Of a stretch of 64,000 nucleotides of DNA, positions 29,501 to 41,100 are shown one piece after another. Each line of letters opens with the position of its first letter. Position 1 is the first letter of the stretch. The notes beneath the pieces were generated by a model that was not told the DNA's origin, made no database searches, and saw nothing but the letters and a program-made list of their open reading frames with translations. Source of the DNA: Macrostomum lignano (lineage: Eukaryota); NCBI GenBank assembly GCA_002269645.1, contig NIVC01000513.1, positions 124,001-188,000 of the forward strand. Reading direction: 5' to 3'. The translations under genes and the position numbers were made by a program.

Positions 29501-30219
29501 TGTCCGCACTGCTCGGCCAGCTGCAGACACGAGCGGCCCAGCCGGTCCAAGTGGTCCACGTCAGATCCTCCGTCCAGCAGCAGCCTGATGACTCTGAGCT
29601 GGCCGGCACGACACGCCCTGGACAGGGCGGTCCAACCCTCGCTGTCCTCAGCTTCCACTGAGGCGCCACGATGGAGAAGTGCCGTGACGAGCTCGTGGTG
29701 TCCCGCGCCGGCAGCCAGCATGAGCGCTGTTTCGTCGCTGCTTATCTTCCAGTCGACATCGGACACGCGAGTCAGCAGGGTAAGCGCCAAAGCCAGGTGA
29801 CCAAGCAAGATACAATGGCGCAGCAACAGACTCGTCTGTTGGTCGGTCAGGTACGCCAGCGTGCGGTCCAAGTCTGCATTGTCCCCAGCAACTGCATTTC
29901 TAGCCATGTTGGACAATGGATTATCGGTTTGGTCGAGCCACATGGGCCGAAGCTCGCGCTGTTGAATTTTGCGCAATTCATCAGCTGGTATCTCTTGCTG
30001 GTCTGCTGAGCTCTTAGCCAGGTAAATTATGTCAAGAATTTGTTCAATGTTTTCACCTGCCCAAGCTGCAGCCGGATGCTCAGTAGACGGTGTATCGTTG
30101 ATCATCCGTGGGCCTTTCGTATCACGATAGTACGAGCTAGCAATGTAGTGGCTGCAGATTTTATTGCCACACAAGCCAGGGAGCGCCAAGCCGGGCCAGA
30201 TTTTAACTAATTGCAGCAT
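26541..30219 (-). CDS. Ankyrin-repeat / Mab-21 (cGAS-like, cGLR) nucleotidyltransferase fusion, about 889 aa, join(30219..29396,29262..28919,28042..26541); start uncertain
   Basis: ANK repeats (ETALMLAAGAGH, GWTALSRACRAG, GRSCLQLAEQCG). GACAA|gtaatg joins catttctag|C in phase 2; ACAG|gtgatc joins gtattcag|GA in phase 1. NTase TGSYADG and DSDID, third acidic residue in RDCVH. Mab-21 C-lobe RVSFSFEEK, LLKF, LKTYNAKT, MPHFFMP. AATAAA follows the stop. Confidence 0.85.
28191..28421. mobile_element. hAT-type MITE in cGLR intron 2
   Basis: Ends CAGGGGTGTATTT and AGATCCGCCACTG; flanks ATTATGGC / CTTATGGC (7/8 TSD); internal GCGCCCC motifs. Confidence 0.6.
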
Positions 30220-30483
30220 TATAAAGGGGCGCAAGAAGAATGATACAGCTAATAAATGGAATAATAAACAGTGGAAAGCAACCAAGCGTGACAAAACAGC
30301 CACAGTCCTTCCAGACAGAGCGAGCGCACCAAAGACAGGCGACCAAACCCCGAGGAGCTTTCGATGCGCACATTGCTCTTATAACTTAAACCAAAGTAAA
30401 AACAACCTACACTGTAACACCAGCTAATCTAGCCTGGCGTGGACTGCACAATGCGCCATGCACTTGCACGCTCAGTGCTTTTC

Positions 30484-30945
30484 GTGGGTGCCCCTGTCTC
30501 TTGGTAGGCGTCCTGGTGGCCGCCCCTGTCTCTTGGTGGGCGTCCTGGTGGGCGCCCCTGTCTCTTGGTGGCCGCCCCTGTCTCTTGGTGGGCGCCCCTG
30601 TCTCTTGGTGGGCGTCCTGGTGGGGCTCCCTGTCTCTTGGTGGGCACCCCTGTCTCTTGGTGGGCACCCCTGTCTCTTGGTGGGCACCCCTGTCTCTTGG
30701 TGGGCACCCCTGTCTCTTGGTGGGCGCCCCTGTCTCTTGGTGGGCACCCCTGTCTCTTGGTGGGCGCCCCTGTCTCTTGGTGGGCACCCCTGTCTCTTGG
30801 TGGGCACCCCTGTCTCTTGGTGGGCGTCTTGGTGGGGCCCCTGTCTCTTGGTGGGCGTCTCTGTCTCTTGGTGGGCGCCCCTGTTTCTTGGTGGGCGCCC
30901 CCTGTCTTTTGGTGGGCGCCCCTGTCTCTAATTGGGCACCCCGAT
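30484..30945. repeat. About 20-bp minisatellite (GGTGGGC[A/G]CCCCTGTCTCTT)n
   Basis: Directly visible. Reverse complement of the unit at 49820-50460. Confidence 0.95.
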
Positions 30946-30947
30946 CT

Positions 30948-31012
30948 TGGTGGAATCGAACCAGGGTTCGTGGCGCGAGAGTCAGACGCGTTTTGCCGCT
31001 GAGCACAAATCA
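30948..31012 (-). mobile_element. tRNA-derived SINE head abutting the minisatellite
   Basis: Minus strand reads GCTCAGCGGCAAAAC (A-box-like) ... GGTTCGATTCC (B box). No complete cloverleaf. Confidence 0.5.
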
Positions 31013-32132
31013 AAACACATGAAACAAACAAAACTATTGAAGGCTCACAGTAGCAGATTATACAGAGAAAAATCACGGATTAAATAAACACCGACAGAAA
31101 TCTTAAATAAAGTTCTGTCAATAGCATGCATATATTTATTCATATATCCTTCTCACCTTATCAATTGTAACACCAACAACTGCATATTGCTGAATTAAAA
31201 CCAATTTATCTAGATACATGTAGCAATTGTTATAATAATCATATCGGGAAACTCACGCATTTCAGCAAATATATGACTCTAAGAGAAATACAGAGAGATG
31301 ATTAACAATAACTCGACATTCATGCCAGTCAAGTGAATTTGGATTTGTAAACAATTTTAAACAAAACAAACCAAACGTAATGCTTTAAGTATTACATTAA
31401 TAGAAATTAATCATCCATATTTTTATGCACAACTCAGAACGTACTCGTAATTATATATATAAAAATTGTCAAAGTAGCATAGAACTAACTGAAGGAATAC
31501 ACAACACCATGGATGTTTCTGGGTGAGCCAGAACTGCAGTACATAGTACTAGCATGTAAATATGCATATTAAATATTGTATACATACATAATTTAATTAG
31601 CCGTTATAATCCGATATTATTCGAAAAAAGTTCTATCAATTATTAATTAGATGCGTCATTTGAGGAAAATTTTGAAAAAACCCGCCGTGACTACTTTTTT
31701 CAGTAGTTTCCTAAACTAAGAGTGCATGGGAACTAAATTTTTTTTTCTCATTTTAAAAAGGCTAAAAACGCTAATTTTGCTACTGAAAAAAGTGAGTAGA
31801 CTGAACGCATATTTTGCGACAGAAATTTTTAAACTCTACTAGGAAGACAAGAGTGAAAAATCTATCAGAAGAACCCAAATAATCAAAATTTCAAGAAACA
31901 GCTACGGTTCAAGGACATCAATGTGACTTTCTATATACAGTATAGGTTTTTAAGTCAGATGTAGTTCTCAGTGTATCATAATTTCATTTTAATAAAACTA
32001 TTTTGACATTCGCAATTGAAATAAACGGGGAATAGCTTTATAGTTTTTATTTCTAAATTTTGAAAAAAAAAATTGATCACTGAACAAAACATTGAAAAAA
32101 GCAACAGAATTCTCTACTAATCTATAACAGAT

Positions 32133-35100
32133 CTACTTTGTGTAGTACACTCGATAGTACAGCCACTTGGATCGCCATAGCGAGTAGGAATTGTCAAATT
32201 TCAGCAGGTACACACCTCTGCCAGGGTACTGGTGGCTGCCGCAGTACACCTCCTCGTGGCAGTCGCGCCGGAACACCGGGATGATCTCGTCAACCGCCTT
32301 GTCATCGTCAGGACGTCGCCGTTTTGATGCAGCTCCATCAGCGGGTTTGGAATCTGGCGATGGGTAAACAAGGACTCAGATGGGTCAAGCAGGACTTGCA
32401 GATGGGTCAAGCAGAACTCAGATGGGTCAAGCAGGACTTGCAGATGGGTCAAGCAGAACTCAGATGGGTCAAACAGGACTCAAATGGGTCAAGCAGAACT
32501 CAGATGGGTCAAGCAGGACTCAGATGGGTCAAGCAGGACTCAGATGGGTCAAGTAGTACTCAGATGGGTCAAGCATGACTTAGATGGGTCAAGCATGACT
32601 CAGATGGGTCAAGTAGTACTCAGATGGGTCAAGCAGGACTCACATGGGTCAAGCAGGACTCAGATGGGTCAAGCATGACTCAGATGGGTCAAGCAGGACT
32701 CAGATGGGTCAAGTAGTACTCACATGGGTCAAGCAGGACTCAGATGGGTCAAGCAGGACTCACATGGGTCAAGCAGGACTCAGATGGGTCAAGTAGTACT
32801 CAGATGGGTCAAGAAGGATTCAGATGGGTCAAGAAGGATTCAGATGGGCCAAGCAGGACTCAGATGGGTCAAGCAGGACTCAGATGGGTCAAGCAGGATT
32901 CAGATGGGTCAAGCAGGATTCAGATGGGTCAAGCAGGATTCAGATGGGTCAAGCAGGATTCAGATGGGTCAAGCATGACTCAGATGGGTCATTAGGATTC
33001 AGATGGGTCAAGCATGACTCAGATGGGTCAAGCAGGACTCAGATGGGTCAAGCATGACTCGAACAGGACAAATTGAAATCGGTTTGCTTGAAACATTTAA
33101 AAAGCAAAGTAGGTCACCCGAATCATTTTAGCAAATACCAATAGATGCCAACTCCGACCCACCTCCGTCAAGCTGTTGATGCTCAGCCTCGCCAGTCTCA
33201 TTATTGCCATCGTCTTTGGCCTCCTCTTCCTCCTCCTCATCTGAGCTCTCGCTGATGTGCACGGTGACGCGGTCAGAGGGCGAGATGGTCCACTCGAAGT
33301 ACACGCCGAACCCGATGTCGTAATGGTCAGTGGCGAATTCCCACACTATGCACGAGCCCTCCTCGTGGGTTGGCACGCGAACCTGAAAAAATAAACCATA
33401 GACATGCCCGGTTTGCACTACTTACAAGAGCTGGTGAGTAGTAGTATTAGCTAAGAATTTAACCGATACAAAACACAGGGACACAACACACATTGTCAAC
33501 TGAGTTGCCACATTCTCTGCAGTTTGCAATAATTCAACATGATTAAATATGCCATTTTGTAACAAATTATAAATATTAATAATTAAAGGATTAAAGGGTA
33601 TTACCAAGTACCGGCTGTGTCTAATGAATGAGCTTTCAGATCATCCAGCTAAATAATTGCCATTATTGCAAGACCAATTATCGAATATTTGTTAAATCAA
33701 ATGTAAGAGATTAAAGAAACTATTTATAGTTTAAAAAATTAACTTGTGAAAGTTATAAAATAATAAAAACGCTTGCTTAAAATCAGAGCAACTCATCTCT
33801 CCCTGATTGATACACACACTCTCTCTCTCGCTCTAATCTCCCCTCCCTCTCTAATTTAACTCCACTCAACTCGCTAAATCTATTCTCTAGTCTACTTTCC
33901 CATCTACTCAACCATCCTAACTCCACTATCTACTCATCTACACTATAATCTACTTTCCTATCTACTTATCTAGCCTCTAAAATGTACCTACCTACTCTTA
34001 TCTAATCTACCCTATTGTGCACTCTCCTACCTACTCCTCTACTCACAATCTACTTTCCTATCTACTTATCTACCCACAATCTACTCTCCTATCTACTCCT
34101 TTACCTCACAATCTACTCTCCCATCTACTACTCTACCCCCACAATCTACTTTCCTATCTACTCATTCTACCCTATAATCTACTCTCATATCTACTAATCT
34201 ACCCCACAATATACTCTCCTCTACCCCAAAATCTACTCTCCTATCTACACATCTAATCCACTGTCTCCAGCATCCTTACAGTGACAACCTCCCCAGGGCC
34301 AATCTTGAGCCTGGCATCGCTGTCAGCGGCCAGTTTAGCTTTGAACTGGGCGGCTGTCAGCTGCTTATCGCACCACATGCTTGGCGCGGCCATCAGGCTG
34401 TTTGTTGTTGCCGCTTCTCCGCTGGGCGACTGCGGCTGCAGCTCGGGCGACACTTTTGAAGTCGCCGCGTTGCCGTTGGTCAAAACCGGGGCCGGTTTGT
34501 CAGGCAAGGCTGCAATAAATTTATCATTTTTATTAAGCGCAAATTTTTCAGAAATTTTCCTAAAAAAACAGTTGAACACCCAAATTACTCTACTGTTAGT
34601 AAACCAAATTTAATTTAAAAAATTACGTAGAATTTTCACAAAGGAAAAAAGTAGCATTGCTAATCCGTTTAGAGCGTGCAAAGATTATTGACAACAAAAA
34701 TGAAGTGCATGATGTGCACCGCATTTAACACGCATGCGTTTCGGAAAGCGACACGTGAAAATAATATATTTGCTGAGTAGAAATAATAGAGACTTCTACT
34801 AGACTGTAGTACACTTCTAAGAAAAAATATACCTACTTAGACAATATTACATAGTCTACTACTTAATAAATAATCAACTGCAGGAATGTGGCATGATTAT
34901 AACAAAATTGACAATGTGGTTCATTGTTGTCGATCTCTGTTTTCGGCGCTAAACTACAGGATATATCATTTATAAAAGCAGTAATAACCTTTATTTGGGG
35001 TCCGAGTTTAAGGGATTTCAATCGGGACTTTATGAGGGATCTGCGATCGGGATTTTTAGGGATCTGCAATGATCGGGACTATTTAGGGATCTGCAATGAT

Positions 35101-38100
35101 CGGGACTATTTAGGGATCTGCAATGATCGGGACTATTTAGGGATCTGCAATGATCGGGACTTCTTAGGGATCTGCAATAATCGGGACTTCTTAGCAATCG
35201 GGACTATTTAGGGATCTGCGATTCGGACATCTGGGGAATGTAGAAGTGGGACTCATGTATTCGCAAAAGAAGAACATTGAAATACTACATTTTAAGGACT
35301 AAATTCGGGACTAAACTCGGGACTAAACTCGGGACTAAGCCTAGAGAAGAGCAGGCAGTCAGTCGGATTACCGTAGCCGTAGCCAGCGACCCAATCTTAA
35401 TGCAGCAGTGCCGGCTGTCGCGCAGAATCTCTTTCTTAAATTCGGCCGCATTGTTTCTCGTCCACATGCTGGCCGGAAGAATTTCCGGTCCAGCCTCTGC
35501 TTCATCATCTCCATCTTGTTGCAGCTGTTGCTGCAGCTGCTGATTGAAATCTTAATTAAATTGGATATTTTTCAGATGCGCAATACCAAAATACTGCTGA
35601 CCAATAGTACGAGAGTAGTAGCAGTAGTATAAACTGAATAATTTAATAAAATTACAAAAAAATAATAAAAAGTTGTCGCGATGCTAAACAAAATACTTGG
35701 CTTAAAAAGCAGTAAAAATTGATCTAAAAAAAAACAGAATTAAAATATTTTATATGCAACTTTTTTCAAACACTATAGATGTTGAATCCCAAAACTCAAA
35801 AGTCCCAGATCACTAAACTACAGATCCCTGATCCCAATACTCCAGAGTCCAGATCACTAAACTACAGATCCCTGATCCCAACACTCCAGAGTCCCAGATC
35901 ACTAAACTACAGATCCCTGATCCCAACACTCCAGAGTCCCAGATCACTAAACTACAGATCGCTGATCCCAACACTCCAGAGTCCCAGATCACTAAACTAC
36001 AGATCCCTGATCCCAATACTCCAGAGTCCCAGATCACTAAACTACAGATCCCTGATCCCAATACTCCAGAGTCCAGATCACTAAACTACAGATCCCTGAT
36101 CCCAACACTCCAGAGTCCCAGATCACTAAACTACAGATCCCTGATCCCAACACTCCAGAGTCCCAGATCACTAAACTACAGATCCCTGATCCCAATACTC
36201 CAGAGTCCAGATCACTAAACTACAGATCCCTGATCCCAACACTCCAGAGTCCCAGATCACTAAACTACAGATCCCTGATCCCAACACTCCAGAGTCCCAG
36301 ATCACTAAACTACAGATCCCTGATCCCAATACTCCAGAGTCCAGATCACTAAACTACAGATCCCTGATCCCAACACTCCAGAGTCCCAGATCACTAAACT
36401 ACAGATCCCTGATCCCAACACTCCAGAGTCCCAGATCACTAAACTACAGATCCCTGATCCCAATACTCCAGAGTCCAGATCACTAAACTACAGATCCCTG
36501 ATCCCAACACTCCAGAGTCCCAGATCACTAAACTACAGATCCCTGATCATAACACTCCAGAGTCCCAGATCACTAAACTACAGATCCCTGATCCCAATAC
36601 TCCAGAGTCCAGATCACTAAACTACAGATCCCTGATCCCAATACTCCAGAGTCCAGATCACTAAACTACAGATCCCTGATCCCAATACTCCAGAGTCCCA
36701 GATCACTAAACTGCAGATCCCTGATCCCAATACTCCAGAGTCCCAGATCACTAAACTACAGATCCCTGATCCCAACACTCCAGAGTCCCACATCACTAAA
36801 CTACAGATCCCTGATCCCAATACTCCAGAGTCCCAGATCACTAAACTACAGATCCCTGATCCCAACACTCCAGAGTCCCAGATCACTAAACTACAGATCC
36901 CTGATCCCAATACTCCAGAGTCCCAGATCACTAAACTGCAGATCCCTGATCCCAATACTCCAGAGTCCCAGATCACTAAACTACAGATCCCTTATCCCAA
37001 CACTCCAGAGTCCCACATCACTAAACTACAGATCCCTGATCCCAACACTTCACAGTCCCAGATCACTAAACTACAGATCCCTGATCCCAATACTCCAGAG
37101 TCCCAGATCACTAAACTACAGATCCCTGATCCCAATACTCCAGAGTCCCAGATCACTAAACTACAGATCCCTGATCCCAACACTCCAGAGTCCCAGATCA
37201 CTAAACTACAGATCCCTGATCCCAATACTCCAGAGTCCCAGATCACTAAACTACAGATCCCTGATCCCAATACTCCAGAGTCCCAGATCACTAAACTACA
37301 GATCCCTGATCCCAACACTCCAGAGTCCCAGATCACTAAACTACAGATCCCTGATCCCAATACTCCAGAGTCCCAGATCACTAAACTGCAGATCCCTGAT
37401 CCCAATACTCCAGATTCCCAGATCACTAAACTACAGATCCCTTATCCCAACACTCCAGAGTCCCACATCACTAAACTACAGATCCCTGATCCCAACACTT
37501 CACAGTCCCAGATCACTAAACTACAGATCCCTGATCCCAACACTCCAGAGTCCCAGATCACTAAACTACAGATCCCTGATCCCAATACTCCAGAGTCCCA
37601 GATCACTAAACTACAGATCCCTGATCCCAACACTCCAGAGTCCCAGATCACTAAACTACAGATCCCTGATCCCAATACTCCAGAGTCCAGATCACTAAAC
37701 TACAGATCCCTGATCCCAATACTCCAGAGTCCCAGATCACTAAACTACAGATCCCTGATCCCAACACTCCAGAGTCCCAGATCACTAAACTACAGATCCC
37801 TGATCCCAATACTCCAGAGTCCCAGATCACTAAACTACAGATCCCTGATCCCAATACTCCAGAGTCCCAGATCACTAAACTACAGATCCCTGATCCCAAT
37901 ACTCCAGATCCCTGACCCCAATACTGCAGAGTCCCGAAACCCTAATACGAGGTGTATTCAAAAAGTTCTTTTCGGTGCCCTACAAAACTGAACACAAAAC
38001 AACTGGAACTATGAAAACACTGTTAGATTGCTTAACATGATTCTGTCACTCAACATATTCACCGCCAATGTCTTTGCACTTCTGCCAGCGATTTACCAGG

Positions 38101-41100
38101 CCTCTGATTCCGGAACTCACACCACTCGCGTCCGTTTGGCGAACAGCTTGATTGCATGCAGCTTCGATGTGCTCGACGCTGTCAAATCGAATGCCCCGAA
38201 GGTGCTTCTTCACAGATGGAAATAAGAAGAAGTCGCACGGCGACAAATCAGGCGAATAGGGTGGATGTTGGAGCACTTCCCAGCCCCATTTGCTCAGGAG
38301 TTCCACGACGTTGTGCTTGCGATGTGCTGGCGCATTGTCGTGCAGCAGGATCACGCCAGATTCCAGCAGACCAGGGCGCTTCTTTCGTATTGCTGGGCGC
38401 AGCTTCTCCTGCAGAATCCACTTGTAGTAGTCCCCATTGACGGTGGTTCCTTGTGGGACTGCCCAGTTCAGCAGGATTCCTTGGGAATCAAAAAACATGA
38501 CGTGCATGATCTTTATCGCGCCCTGCTTCCTGATGGCCTTCTGAGGTCTTGGAGAATGTGCTGGAAGCCATTCGGCAGACTGGGCCTTTGTCTCAGGATC
38601 CCAGCTGTAAACCCACGTCTCGTCTCCAGCAACAATTCTTGATAGAAAATCCTCCCCTTCTCGATGGAACCGACGCAGGTGGCTGCTTGAAGCCAGAGTT
38701 CGCTGCATCTTTTGCTCACCTGTCAGCAGGTGTGGCACCCACTTGCAGAACTTTTTCTGTAGGAGAAGACGCTCAGTCAGAATAGTGTGGACGCTTCCTA
38801 CTGACACACCAACGTCTTCTGCCAACTCTTCGCAAGTCCGTCGCCGATCATCATCCAGGAGCTCTTGCACTTTCTTCACAGCAGTCTCTTTGGTTGCAGC
38901 CATCGGCCTTCCAGAGCGGCCATTGTCCTCAACGCTCTCTCTTCCCTCAGCGAACAGCCGGTACCATTTTCGAACTGTCTGCTCAGTTGGTGCACAGTTG
39001 CCAAGCACTTGCTGAAGCTCCCTAAACATATCCGGTGGCTTTTTTCCTTGCAGAAACTGAAACTTCATCAAGCTTCGAACGTCTTGCTTTGAAAATGATT
39101 CAGTCATGGCCAAGAAATTGAGTGGCAGCTGATAGAAATGTTCGCTGCTCTAACATAGTTGCAAACTGAGACTTAAAACCCTAGGAACGTTTAGGCCATA
39201 GACATAACTTGGTAAAATCGCTAAAATTCTGTTTACAACGCTTTCTAAAAATAAATGCCAAAGGACCGAAAAGAACTTTTTGAATAAACCTCGTAAAACA
39301 AAAGCAACAAATCCCCATAAAATAAATCCCGTCTCACCCTCAGCTGCAGCCGCCTCAACAGTTGCAGACTCATTCGTAGAATTCTGTTGACTTTGCTTTG
39401 GCTGCTGCTGCAACAGTTTTGCTTGCTCTTCTTCTTGTTGAATTTTCAACTGCTGCTGATAGACCTGAGTCATGTACTGCTGGAAGTGCTGCTCCTGCAG
39501 CTGAGCGATCAGCTCTGCCTGCTTGTTGGCGTCGCCTGGATGCTGCTCGGCGGCGTATTGGCGAAATTGGACAGCCGTCTGCTGGTTCAGCGCCGCCCGA
39601 ATCTGAGCTCTGCTCGGATATGGATGGTGAGAACGGGGGGGGGGAGATGAGTGCCTGAGGCGCTATGCTGAATCCATCCGCACTTGATGGGGCTGTAGCC
39701 TAGTCATACTATACATGCCTCTTGAAAGAAAGCTAAGCAAAAGAAACGTAATTTTGGGTAAACGGAAGGAGCAACTCTAACCATATTTTTAAGGCTAAAT
39801 GCCTCGCCACCTAAGTAGTATGGTTAGAGCGTCGGAGTTATGATTGAAAGGTTGGGGGTTCGAATCCCACTACCACTAGGAACAATTTGTGACCTTGAGC
39901 AAGATGGGTCCCAGCATTAGCTGGGGTAATTGAGGGTGTTTGTGGCGACCCCCCAGCAATAGCTGCGGCTGAGCTGTCGGTTGCACATCTGAGCATTAAA
40001 GGCAGGTATAATCAACTAACTATTAATTATTATTAAACCATTAGGGCCAATCAGTGCCAATAACATCTCAGGAGTCTGCAGAATGGGCAGTACTGCCGCC
40101 AGGGTGGCCCACACCATTCCTGCAGTACATTATATTACCCGTTGAAAACATAACGACTCAAATGCGACGGAGGCGTGATTTTCAGAATCGTAAAAGAGTC
40201 TCACGCAACTCAGTGATTCTAAAGCGACTCTTTGACGAGATTTTTCAATAAGCGAATTGCATTGCTAGTTCAGATGCTAAAAATAAGATGGAGCTGTCAC
40301 TCACTCCTGCTGATGACGCCGCGAGTCATCTCTGTTGGTTACAGGACCAGACACTGAGTTTGTCTTCTGATTGGCCAAGTTCTGCTTGGCTGCCGCTTCG
40401 GCTTGCTTACGCTGCTGCTGCTGCATCTGCTCCTGCTCTTGCTGCTTCTGGCGTTGAATTTCGCGTCTGAGAATTTTTTAAATAGGGCGCATTGTTGCAT
40501 GTCAGTTTCTTTTATTTTTATGATTCTAAAGATTAATCTCATGCTTCAACCTATCGATCTCTCACTCCAATCTATCAATCACACACTCCAACCTATCAAT
40601 CTCACACTCCAATCTATCAATCACACACTCCAATCTAACAATCTCGCACTCCAATCTATCAATCACACACTCCAATCCATCAATCACACACTCCAATCTA
40701 TCAATCTCACATCCCAATCTATCAATCTCGCACTCAAATCTATCAATCTCGCACTCCAATCTATCAATCTCGCACTCCAATCTATCAATCTCACACTCCA
40801 ATCTATCAATCTCACACTCCAATCTATCAATCTCGCACTCCAATCTATCAATCTCGCACTCCAATCTATCAATCTCGCACTGCAATCTATCAATCTCACA
40901 CTCCAATCTATCAATCTCACACTCGTCTATCAATCTCAGACTCCAATCTATAAATCTCGCATACTCTAATCTGCAAATCCCATATCTCCATGTCAATCTC
41001 ATACTACAACCCATCAATCGCTCACTCTTTGGCCTCGGCCTCCTCCTTAATCTTATTCTCCCGATCCCGTTTCTCATTGAGATGCGCCTCCAGGTAGGGC

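Noticed and set aside
30220-30303. Hydrophobic N-terminal extension (apparent TM or signal) on the ankyrin ORF
   Set aside because: Begins at GTG in pyrimidine-rich, intron- or UTR-like sequence upstream of the first ATG; not supported as coding.
35800-37935. CRISPR-like appearance of regular 20-45-bp repeats
   Set aside because: Units are head to tail with no unique spacers, there are no cas genes, and the context is eukaryotic.
39806-39875. Functional tRNA gene (also 30948-31012)
   Set aside because: A and B boxes are present but acceptor and anticodon stems do not close, and SINE body or minisatellite follows.
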